Part shown: piece by piece, positions 1 through 9,900 of the stretch
Position numbering within the stretch: position 1 is the first letter of the stretch
Layout of the letters: the number at the start of each line of letters is the position of its first letter
Source of the DNA: a virus
Direction: 5' to 3' (one strand)
Virus record (IMG/VR): IMGVR_UViG_3300026299_000088
Span: 1 to 46,695 of that record
Length of the DNA stretch: 46,695 nucleotides
The notes under the pieces: generated by a model
The model's input: only the letters and a program-made list of their open reading frames with translations
Databases searched by the model: none
What the model was told of the DNA's origin: nothing
Program-made: the position numbers and the translations under genes

Positions 1-13
1 TCAGGACCAGCAT
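1..13 (-). CDS. 5' end of a probable further CsrA-family gene (MLVL...), truncated by the window edge
   Basis: Minus strand reads GGGGGAGGACGCC-ATG CTG GTC CTG A: strong SD, then M-L-V-L, like the CsrA start ML(I/V)LTR. It overlaps the end of ORF 1..402. Only 4 codons are visible. Confidence 0.35.
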
Positions 14-402
14 GGCGTCCTCCCCCATTCGGTCGATCGATGCCCCTTGATGCGCGGTCGCCGAGGCGCTTCCCGCACGATCGCCAGCACGCGAGGCGGT
101 GAAAGGTGCAGGCGGATGTCCCGCAACGCCGTTGCGCCCGGAATCCGTAGGTGTACCGCTTCGACGAGGACGGCCGTGGGCCCGATGGTGAATCCCTCGC
201 CGTCCCGCAGCGCCAGGACATGTGCCATGCGCCCGATGCCCGAAGGGGCGCTGGCACGGAAGCCGTCAGCGCCCCCGAGTTCATGCCGGACGGAGGCGTC
301 GATGTAGACGTACAGCACGTCATCGACACGACCGGTCGGCTGGATACGGGTGTCGCGACCGATGCGGAGGGTTTCGAGCAGGGAGCAGTCGAGGAGGGGC
401 AT
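1..402 (-). CDS. Hypothetical protein, possibly degenerate tandem CsrA-like fold
   Basis: 133-aa ORF abutting the upstream stop. LETLRIGRDTRI and GEGFTIGPTAVLVEAV resemble the CsrA GE-x-I-x-IG-D-x-I-x-V pattern twice. Confidence 0.45.
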   Translation of the reverse strand: MPLLDCSLLETLRIGRDTRIQPTGRVDDVLYVYIDASVRHELGGADGFRASAPSGIGRMAHVLALRDGEGFTIGPTAVLVEAVHLRIPGATALRDIRLHLSPPRVLAIVREAPRRPRIKGHRSTEWGRTPCWS

Positions 403-840
403 TCACGCGCCCCCGATGCACTGAGCGCGACCGTCGGCCGCATGCGGCGTCGGCAAGCGCTCCGGTGGAGCGAACGCGCCGCTCCGAGCGGGCGCAGGAG
501 GGCGGTACTCCAAAGGCGAGGCCTGCAAGCGACCACCGATCCCGAAGTGAACCCGGTCGGCGCAATCGGCGGCTTGGGCGACCAGCTCACCGGGCAGCCA
601 GACCTGAACTTCGTACTCCCCCAGCCGGAAGCGCCGAAGGCCGCAGAGAGAGAACAGGTAACGCCAGACGCCGCCCTTGCCGGAAACGGGATGCATGGCG
701 ACGCCACCGAGGATGAGTTCAGTACCGGCTGGTGCCCACGCGCTGAGCGCGATCCGAGCCCCTTGCCGGCCATGGATCACGATCCTGGCCCCTTCCCCGA
801 GCCGGAGGCTGCCCCCGACCTGGCACGTCACGATTTGCAT
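403..840 (-). CDS. CsrA-like (carbon storage regulator-like) protein, extended
   Basis: ATG at 840 after SD GGGAGGG. MQIVTCQVGGSLRLGEGARIVIHGRQGARIALSAWAP aligns by eye with the CsrA consensus MLILTRRVGESIxIGDDIxVxVLGVxGNQVRIGIxAP. Confidence 0.55.
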   Translation of the reverse strand: MQIVTCQVGGSLRLGEGARIVIHGRQGARIALSAWAPAGTELILGGVAMHPVSGKGGVWRYLFSLCGLRRFRLGEYEVQVWLPGELVAQAADCADRVHFGIGGRLQASPLEYRPPAPARSGAFAPPERLPTPHAADGRAQCIGGA

Positions 841-891
841 GCTGCATCCCTCCCTGATTCGCCGCGGCTGGTTGCCAGCCATTACGAATCA

Positions 892-931
892 AGCAAAGCA
901 TTGTCCTCGAATGTTGTCAATGGCAACATTC
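892..931 (-). promoter_or_regulatory. Sigma70-type promoter for the csrA-like operon, overlapped by a 23-bp palindromic operator
   Basis: Minus strand TTGACA (915-920), 17-nt spacer, weak TGc-TTTGCT (892-897). Palindrome GAATGTTGTCA-A-TGGCAACATTC at 909-931 with one mismatch, between divergent genes. Confidence 0.55.
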
Positions 932-974
932 TATTTTCTTTGCAAACGATCTTGGGTCGAGTAGGATCAAGTCC

Positions 975-1634
975 ATGAACAAGTACACCGAAGCCTTCGT
1001 CGCTGCGATGGACCAGACCCGCATCCGCAGCCGGACGCTCGCTGCGCAAGTCGGCACGTTCAGCGATAACAGCGTCGCGCAGTGGCGAAGCGGACGGCGC
1101 CCGATCCCTGCCGAATATGCCGTCAAGATCGCGAAGATCCTCGGCGTGCCGCCGGAGTCAATCAGCCAGCCCTATGACCGCTTGCTGCAATCAGGCGCCA
1201 TCACCTCAGCCAACGGTCCGGAGGCTTGGGCAAATCCACCGGCAGGCCATGCTGTGATTGAGCGGTTGCCGGGATTCGGCCGGGCCGACGAACAGGAGCG
1301 GCTCTGGCTGCCCGAACTCATGCTACGGCGCGAACTGGGCGCCACACCCATCGAGAACATCCGTTGGGTGACGCAGCAATCGCGGACAATGGAACCAGAA
1401 ATCAAACGCCACGCGGTGATCCTGGTGGACATCAGCGCCACGCGCCATGAAGACGTCGTCGACGGCGGGGTATACGCCTATGAACTATGGGGACGAACAG
1501 ACGTTCGTCGAGTCGCGATCCGCCGGGACTCTTGGGTGCTGGTCGGCGACAACGAGGATCGGACCAAGACTGCTGTCCCTGCCGCAGACCTGCCGAACTT
1601 GCAACTGCTCGGAATGGTCGTTGGCTGGCTTTAA
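975..1634 (+). CDS. XRE/CI-like HTH regulator with degenerate S24 (LexA-type) C-terminal domain
   Basis: N-terminal SRTLAAQVG..DNSVAQWRSGRRPIP HTH. C-terminal SRTMEPEIK..ILVD..DGGVYAY..DVRRV follows the S24 pattern. Confidence 0.75.
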   Translation: MNKYTEAFVAAMDQTRIRSRTLAAQVGTFSDNSVAQWRSGRRPIPAEYAVKIAKILGVPPESISQPYDRLLQSGAITSANGPEAWANPPAGHAVIERLPGFGRADEQERLWLPELMLRRELGATPIENIRWVTQQSRTMEPEIKRHAVILVDISATRHEDVVDGGVYAYELWGRTDVRRVAIRRDSWVLVGDNEDRTKTAVPAADLPNLQLLGMVVGWL

Positions 1635-1741
1635 GGGCGCCGTTTGCGCCTAGAATGCGATAAAAGCGCGCTACGGAGCAGCGGAGTTAAAGATTTCACG
1701 GCTGCGCTGCCGGGCCAACACCAAGGAACAGGGGGCAGTGC

Positions 1742-3268
1742 GTGGACCACGCCAAAGGACTGACAAATGTGATCGCAAAAGGGATTGCGATCAGCATTGC
1801 CTATGGTATCGGCTATCTCATCCTTCGCTACTACTCGTTCGACCAATGGTTTCTGCCCGCGGGGCTGCGAGCGGCCTGTCTGTTCTTTATGCCCCTGCGC
1901 TATTGGCCGTTCGTGTTCATCGGCGACGCCGCAGCAGTCATGTACGGGCGAATCCCCAAGGCACACAAATACGATGCGCTTTGGGTGTATGCCGGGCCAC
2001 CGCTTCTGATTGTGGGCGGTTCGATTGCGCCATATTTGCTGAGAAAGAAACTGCGCAATGCGGACATGATCGTCCGCCAGCTTCCGATGGCCGCTGCCTT
2101 TACTGCGGCCTGGAGCGCAGCCTGTACGATCAGCCTCAATAAATTGCTCGGCGGGCCGAACGACAGCCTCTCGATACTATTCATTGCGAACAATGTGTTC
2201 GGGAATTACCTTGGCATTTTCATGGTTGTCTTACCTGTTGCCATCTTACGGCGGAAACACCAGTACACGGGCTCATTGAAGAAAACACTTCGCGATGCCG
2301 CATTTGCTCTTGTCGGCATCGCCACAATGTTCGCGTACCTAAAATTCTGGCACCCCGATGACGATGTAATCAGGAAGTCCATCCTGATGCTGATGATCTG
2401 CCCCGCACTGTTCCTAACCTACTATCACGGGTGGCTTGGCGCCGCTATCGGCGTGATCCTTGTCAATCTTGGCATTGCGCAGACGATGACATACTGCCGC
2501 ACACTAGGCGTCCCAGCACCATACGATGAGACCGTTTTCCTGGCACAGATCGGACTGTCGATCGCCGCCTCAGCATTCCTGATTCTTGGAACTAGAATTA
2601 CGTCTCACTTCGAGAAAGCTATCGATGCAGGTGTCGCTGAGGAAGAAGCTCGAAAGATTTCACGCCTTACATTACTTTCCAATGCCAGCGAGTCGCGCAA
2701 TCAAGTTCTTTACATGGCGCAACTCCACGTCCTAGCCGACGAAGAAATGCGTGAACTCGTCCCTTGGCTGAAGGCGCAAGGCAAGTACACGGAAGCTCTC
2801 GCCGTAAACAAGAGGGCCGCGCGGCATCGCGAGTTATTCCACAGACATGCGCTTGGCCTGTACCCCGTCGGAATCGAAGAAAAGGGCCTGTTCGCCGTCG
2901 TGCATTCGCAGGCATTCGAGGACCGCTGGTCAGAGAGTGTGCCTCTCGTATTCGGGTTCGGTGTTCGCGATCCACGAATACTGTCGGATGACTTGCAATT
3001 CGGCGCCTACCACAGCCTCTGCAGCGCGATCGTCCTGATGTGCGACTGGAAACCGGAAGAACTCCATATCCGCATGCGGGTCTGGAGAACTTCTCTGCAT
3101 CGCGGGATTTATTTCACGGTCTCCGCATCCAACCCAGGGGATGCGGAGGCCAGTCAAGCAGGGGCGGCAGCGTCCCTCTTGTTGAACGCGAGGGTCAACG
3201 CGCATGGCGGCATCGTACGCCGCCATACGCATCGCGTCAGCGTCCTCCTTACGGAAGCCAACGCCTAG
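1742..3268 (+). CDS. MASE1-domain membrane protein with degenerate histidine-kinase-like tail
   Basis: About 9 hydrophobic segments. WFLPAGLR..PLRYWP and YHGWLGAAIG are MASE1-type motifs. LYPVGIEEKGL resembles the LRPxxLDxxGL of UhpB/NarX-type kinases. GTG start. Confidence 0.75.
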   Translation: MDHAKGLTNVIAKGIAISIAYGIGYLILRYYSFDQWFLPAGLRAACLFFMPLRYWPFVFIGDAAAVMYGRIPKAHKYDALWVYAGPPLLIVGGSIAPYLLRKKLRNADMIVRQLPMAAAFTAAWSAACTISLNKLLGGPNDSLSILFIANNVFGNYLGIFMVVLPVAILRRKHQYTGSLKKTLRDAAFALVGIATMFAYLKFWHPDDDVIRKSILMLMICPALFLTYYHGWLGAAIGVILVNLGIAQTMTYCRTLGVPAPYDETVFLAQIGLSIAASAFLILGTRITSHFEKAIDAGVAEEEARKISRLTLLSNASESRNQVLYMAQLHVLADEEMRELVPWLKAQGKYTEALAVNKRAARHRELFHRHALGLYPVGIEEKGLFAVVHSQAFEDRWSESVPLVFGFGVRDPRILSDDLQFGAYHSLCSAIVLMCDWKPEELHIRMRVWRTSLHRGIYFTVSASNPGDAEASQAGAAASLLLNARVNAHGGIVRRHTHRVSVLLTEANA

Positions 3269-3274
3269 ACTCGA

Positions 3275-3718
3275 TCAGCGCGAGGCATCTCTCGGGCGAA
3301 CGATCCACCGATCCTGATTCGACTCCAGGAAGTGGACCACCTCGACTTCCTCATCCCGGTATACAACGCTTCCATTCTGCACCGATGACAATTTCACCTG
3401 AATTGCTACACGGTCCGCATCGCGTCCGACAGGCAGAACCCACGCAGTCGCCCCGATCTGCCCGATTGCGGCACGCGTCGCATTCGCGCCGTCATTGATT
3501 TGCAGGTAACGAATTCCGCCACGCTGGAATTCGTAGACCTGCCACTGAGGATCGCTTGACAGGTTCGAGGTCTTCGGCAGGGATTCTCCCAGTCCGGTGA
3601 CTGCAGCCGGTTTGTCCCTCCCGTCGCTTACTTGCGCATAGGCAAGAGAACTCGTGAACATCGTCCCAAGCAGCAAAATGGTGGTTGCGACCGTGAAACG
3701 GAAAGCCTGAATGGCCAT
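3275..3718 (-). CDS. Secreted/periplasmic hypothetical protein
   Basis: ATG 3718 after SD AAGGAG. Signal peptide (basic N-region, hydrophobic core, AYA/Q cleavage site), then a beta-rich body. Confidence 0.7.
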   Translation of the reverse strand: MAIQAFRFTVATTILLLGTMFTSSLAYAQVSDGRDKPAAVTGLGESLPKTSNLSSDPQWQVYEFQRGGIRYLQINDGANATRAAIGQIGATAWVLPVGRDADRVAIQVKLSSVQNGSVVYRDEEVEVVHFLESNQDRWIVRPRDASR

Positions 3719-3900
3719 GTCGATCTCCTTGAATTGACCCGTGATGTGTGTGTTGGCGTTTGCACAGACGAATCTGACATTCGCCAATAGTTTGATGCCC
3801 ACGTCGTCATTTTTCCGGGGGCAATTCGACGGTAGCACCCCCGAACGAAGTGCTAACTATCCCCACACAGGCCTATCTACTCAGCCATTTCTGGCCTGTA

Positions 3901-6900
3901 TCACAGTTCGCTTCCACTAGCCCCCACTTCTTCCCTAATCCGCTGCCGTAAGGCGCGGTCGTACACGACCCCATGCTCCGCCAGCTCGCTGTAGGCAGCC
4001 CGCGCCCGCAGGGATCGCCGGATGGTCTGCCCGGTCATCGGTTTCTCGGGATAGGCCTTGTTGAAGGCCAGGATCTTCCGCCGGACTTCCAGCACCGTGT
4101 CCTCGTCGTCCTGCCGCTGCGCCATCCCGTAGGCCGCCAGCAAGGCCTTGCGCCGATCGAGGATGTGCTGCTCGCGATCCTTCAGCGCCCGGTTCTCCGC
4201 GTACTGGCGCGCGACCTCAGCCGGGGTGAACCCGATGGTCTGTAGAAGCTCGTCCATCGGATCGGTGTCGGTCACCAGGTCGCCGCGGGTGCTGGTCACA
4301 CCCTCCTGCGCGTAGCGGAGGGCCTTCATCACGTCCTTCAGCGCCTTCGGCAGCATCGTTTCCGTGCCGCGATAGACCTGCCCTTCGGCGACCAACTGCG
4401 TCCCGATCAGGAAATTCTTGCCGATGCCGAACATCGGGCCGGCGATGTTGTCCATCATCGCGTAGTAGGCGTCGCGGCCATCCAGTTCGCGATCCGTGTC
4501 GCGCCACAGCAGCTGCGACATTTCCACGCGACTGCCGATGTCCGCCCCGGTGAGCGTGTTCGCCGCGCCATGCAGGGCGATTTCGGCACCGGCGTCGCCG
4601 AGGAACTGGGCGAGGAACTTCCGCAGTTCCGCTTCGGTGTCCCAGGGGTCGTCCTCGTCGCCGAAGGCGTGCGCGATGGCGTCGATCGTGCCCATGATCA
4701 GGGACGACAGCGGCAGCCCCAGCGCCCCGGAGAAGACGCCGCTCATCGCCAGCACGCCGGCCAGGTTGCGCCGCGCCAGCCGGCGGACCTCGGGGCTCTC
4801 GCCCTTCGTCGCCTTCCAGCCCATGCGCCCGAGGTGCCAGAGCATGTTCAGGCCGTACTGCTTGAACATCAGCACCACCTTCGCCGGCCCCGATTGCAGG
4901 AACCGCGCGCGGTTGGCGTTGGCGTAGTTGAAGTGGGTCGCGGTGATGGTGTCGGTCGCATAGCGCACCGCGGCGTCGAACCCCTGCCCGGCATCCCGGG
5001 CCAGCCGGTAGGCCGCCATGCCCGAGGATTCGCGGTTCAGCACCTCCGCCTTGTGGAACAGCCAGCCGATCACCTCCATCGCCCGCGCCAGATGCGGGTT
5101 GTAGGTCGCCAATCCCTTGTCGGCCAGCCCCATCAGGGTGTGGGTCTGCGTCTTGTCGAGCGCACCCGCCTTCTGGAGTGCGTCGTGCGCCCGCACCTCG
5201 TCCGGCCGCGTCAGCACCTTCTGTGCATGGCCCACCGTCCGCGCCGATTCGTTCAGGGCGCGCAGCAGGTAGCGGGACGCCTTCGCCGCGCCATGCTCGG
5301 CCGCCAGCTGCGGGAAGGTCAGGAGAGCCGTCTGGGTCAGGTTGACCAGCGCCGCCGCCGGCGTCGCGCCCAGGAAGTAGACGAATCCGACCGACGAGAG
5401 GCGATTGGTCAGCGGACTGTCCTGCGGGTTCAGCACCCACGAGAACCGCTGGTCGAGTTCGGCGAGGATCGCGTCCATCGCCACGACCGACCGGGTCGAT
5501 GCCGTGGGCGACTTCCGGCGGGCGTCCTGCGCGCCGCGCAGCGCATCGAGGGTCTGACCCAGCAGATGGCCGTAGCGCAGCCGCGCCAGCTGGTGCGCGC
5601 CGTGGGCCATGTTGTGCGCGAACGCGCGCAGGGCGTCCGGATCGAACCCGGCCACGCCCTGGCGGTGGATGGCGTGCTTGCGCATCGACAGTTCCGGCAG
5701 CGCCTGCAGGTAGGTCTGGTACACCGCGTCCTGCGTCTTCTCGGAGACGCCGGCCTTGCGCAACTGGTCGATGACCTCCGCCACGAACGAGCCGCTGGGC
5801 GCGTCCTTCGCCTGCGCACCGCGCAGCCGGCCGCGCGCCTTGATCGTGAAGCCGCGCGCACGCAGGGCGCTTTCCTTGCGCTCCAGATCTCCCAGCGTGT
5901 CGAGCATCAGGAACACCGGCTCGCCATCGCGCTCGGCCGCGATGAAATACTCCCCGTACCGCTGCAACGGGAAGTACACCCCCTGCAACCGGTACGACTC
6001 GAACTGCTGGCGGATCGAGTGGATCAGCTTCCGGCGCAGCGCATCGGGCGCCTCGCTGGCCTCGATGCGCTCGGCCAGTGCGTCCTCGACCTCCCCGGAG
6101 CGCTTGCGATAGGCATCACGCAGCTGGCGATAGTAGGTCTGTGCCTCCGGCGTGAGCGCCGCCCATGCCGTGCGCAGGGTCGGGTACATCCGCTTGCGGA
6201 TGTCCTCGCGCTTGGGCATCCCGCGCAGGCGGCGGGCCTCTTCAATCATGTCGGTCTTGTTGTCGCCGCCGCGGCCCAGCATCTGCTCGCGCAAGGCCTT
6301 CAGCGCGGCACGAATGTTCTTGCGGTTGACCTCGTGCAGCTGGCCGCCATAACGGAACTGGAGGGTCTGGTAGCTCTCCGCGGGATCGACGCCTTCCAGC
6401 GTCGCCCGGTGCATCAGGTCGAATAGCTGCCGGGCGTCGTCGCGGTGCTTGCCGGCCCAGCGGCGAACGGTCTCGGCGAGTTCCGCACCCTCCTCCAACA
6501 GCGCATTGCGGTCGGCCGACATGGCATCGAGCAGCCGTGAGAACCCGGCGATGGCCGGGTCGTAGTCGCTGCCGAGTTCGGTCAGCTGGTTGGTGGCTAG
6601 CACGCCAAGCCAGGTGCTGCGGGCGGCGTCCTTCAACCGGGCCGGCGTGCTGTCGCGGAACCACTGCCGTGCCCGCTCCAGGCGCGTCGCGTCCTCGTCC
6701 TGACGGACCACGGCCTCCACGTCGGCGAGGAAGTCCCCCGGCGCGCGGCGGCTGAACAACGGCAGACCTGCGTCGACCGCCGCGCGCATCGCCGACGTGA
6801 TGTCGAGGGCATGGACCGTCATCGCAGGCTGGCGGAAGCGCGGGCGGATCTGCGCGGTCGTCACCTGTGCCCCGAGCGGGCGCGCCCAGCGGTTCGCCAC

Positions 6901-9900
6901 CGCCGGCAGGATGCGATCGTAGTACCCGCGCATGCCCTCGCCGCCAACGCGCGTCGACAGCCCCTCCAGACGGCGCGTGGGCTCTCCACGCGCGCTGGAA
7001 CGCGGGGACACATCGCCCTCGCCGTTCCGGATACGCTGGGCGAGCGCAGTCCCGAGAAAGTCGTCCAGGCCACTGCGATCCAGTTCACGGGATACTTCGA
7101 CGGCGCCCTTCTTCAGGCCGATGAGGCGAATGCGCCCCTCGCCCACGGGCACGTAGTCGATGGTGTCCACCCACTTGGTCAAGGTCTGCGAATAGCGGTC
7201 GATCTGCTGATCGCCCGTCGTCCAGCCGATGCGCTGGTCGCCGTGTTCGACCGCCCAGCGCACCATCCGCCTGAGTGCGAGCAGCGTCCATTCCTCGGTC
7301 TTCTTGAACGGCGCGTCGGGCACCACCGCACCCTCGACGGGCCGATAGCCGCTCTTGCGGCCTTCCTGGTGCCAGTCGGACTGCAGTTCCTCCAGGAACA
7401 GCATGCGCTTGCCGTCCACGTCCTCGCGCTCGTTGAACCGCACGTGGGCGAGCAGGTTCTTCACGGCGGGATAGTGATCGCTGCGGTAGGGACGGCCACC
7501 GTCATCGCGGTTGGACTCCGGCGGCAGGGTCAGGAGCAGTTCGCGGTAGTTGCGACCGCCTTCGATCTGGTACGACGAGTAGCGCGTGGACCCGGGGACG
7601 AACGGTTCATCGGCTTCCATTGCCGATTCGAGGGCATCGAGGTCGATCCTCTGCTGGTCGGAGAGCGTGTCCGGCGACACCGTTTCGCCATCGCGCAGCA
7701 GCGCGACCCCGAAGTATTCATCGCTCTCGATCTCGAACCCGGCCGCCTGCAAGCGACTCAGCGCCGCGTGGAAGCGGTCGACGTCGCCACCGATCATCTC
7801 CTCGCCGAGCCGTACCTGATGCGAGCGCACATAGTCGGCCAACTCATCACGGCTGATCCGCTCGCGCTCGCCCAGCCAGGCATCGACCTGCAACCAGTCG
7901 CGCTCGGCCTGCTTGAACCCGCCGCGGCGCTGTACGCCATCCAGCCACTGCCGCCACTGCATGGCCGAGCCGCGGCGCGGCGCGCCCTCTGCGCGCTCCA
8001 GCGCCTGCACCAGCGCCGAACGGAACCCTTCCACGCGCGAGAACGCGGCGGCGAGATTGCCGTCGATTGTGCCTGCCTGCGCGGCACCACCCTGCCGGAC
8101 CTGCCGCGCTGCGCGGACGATGAGTTGCCGCAGTTCGGCTTCGGACAGCGTCGCGCGCACGCCCAGCTTGCGCAGGAACGCGCGCACCGCGGCGATGACC
8201 CGGTCCAGCAGACGATCCTTGGCACCGGACTCGGCCAGCATCGCGATGAACTCGCGGACCGCAGTGTCATCCCAGCCGTTGTCGAGATAGCCGCGCTGCG
8301 CGTGTTCGGCGAAGAGTTCGCGATAGCGCCCCTGCGCCCGCAGGCGATGCACGCCCTCGGCGATGTCGGCCCAAAGTGCCGGGCCGGCGATGGCCTCAAT
8401 GCCGTAGTGGCCGATGGCCTCGTGCAACAACACGCGCTGCACGGCCTTGCGGTCAGGGAGCGCGCTCGCGACGAGATACACGGTGGCCGTGCGGCGATCG
8501 TAGTAGCCCTCGACCAGATGGGCATCCGGTGCGCGGCGGGCAGCGGCCGGCAGCGCATCCGGCGTCGCCACCACGCGGACGGACGGCGCACCCTGCCAGT
8601 GGACGAGCAGTTCGTCGACGACACGCCGCACCTGCGCGACGCTCGCGCCGCGCCCGGAGGCACCCTTGCGACGGCTGAAGGCGCCGTCCTCGCGCGCCTG
8701 CTGGTAGTCCAGCAGCTCGTCCAACGCCTCACCGAAGCCGGCCTTGCGCAGGGCCGCACGCTGCGCCTCAAGCGCGGCATCCAGAAGCGGGCGCTCGCTG
8801 GCAGGAATCTCGGGGCCACGGACCAGCAGCAACCGCTGCACGCGCCGGTACTGTTCACGTGTCTCGCGCAGGAGCGGCACCTGGTCGAACGGCTTGGCGG
8901 CTTCCGCCTTGAACCGCTCGGCGTCGTGCCGGGCAGCCTCGATCCGAGCCTCGGTGTCGAGCGCTTCACTATCCAGACGCTCGATGGCGTTGTTCAACCG
9001 CGTCAACAATCCCGTAGCCGAGAACGTCTCGCTCCCGCGCTCATAGCCGGTCACTTCACCCAGCGCTGTCGCCACCCGCACCCACTGGACATGCACACGA
9101 TCGATGTCGAAGCTCACGCCGCGGTAGACCAACTCGATGCCGCTGGCATAGGCATCCGGCCCCAGCAGGGCGCCGACCTGGCGCGCCAGCGCCTGGGTCA
9201 GCGCCTTGCGCTCGGTGTAGCGCCGGCCCTCCAGCGTGGTTCCCTCGGGCAGCGCCTCCTTGTCCTCGGGCAACGGATGGCGCGCGGACTGTGCCGCAAT
9301 CTCGCGGAGCGCCTTCAGATGACGCGGACCGCTGACCGCGGCGTACTGCTCTGCGCCGCGTGCCTGGCGCTGCAGCGCCGTCTGGTTGTCGGCGTGGGCC
9401 AGTTCCAGCTGCTCCAGCCGCCGGGTCTCGTTACGAAGCTGGGTCTCGCGCAGGATCAGCGGGTCGCCTGACGCCGCGGCCTTCATCTCGGCCGCATTCG
9501 CCGCCTCGCCGTCGATGTCCTCGATTTCGGTCTGCTGGCCGTCGTACTTGCGCAACTGCTCGATGCCACGCGCCTTGTGCTCCAGCAACTGCCAGCGCCG
9601 GGTGTCGTAGGTCTGGCGCGTGGCGTAGCGGTAGATGCCGACCTCAAACCCGTCCGGGTCGCGCTCGTAGAGCTTGTTGCCGCGGCGGATCGCCCGGCCC
9701 TCGCGCTGCTCCAGATCGCTGGGCTTCCACGGTGCGTCGATGTGATGCAGGCCGACGATGCGCTCCTGCACGTTGGTGCCCGCGCCCATCTTCGGCGTCG
9801 AACCCAAAAGGAAGCGGACCTCGCCGCGGTTGACCCGCTTGAACAGCTTCTCCTTGGCGTCGGAGTGCGCGTAGTCGTGGATGTAGGCGATCTCCTCCGC

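Noticed and set aside
3839..3900. Prophage attachment site at the end of the giant gene
   Set aside because: No tRNA fragment or second repeat copy in the window, only a 7-bp inverted repeat (ACAGGCC/GGCCTGT). The boundary cannot be fixed.
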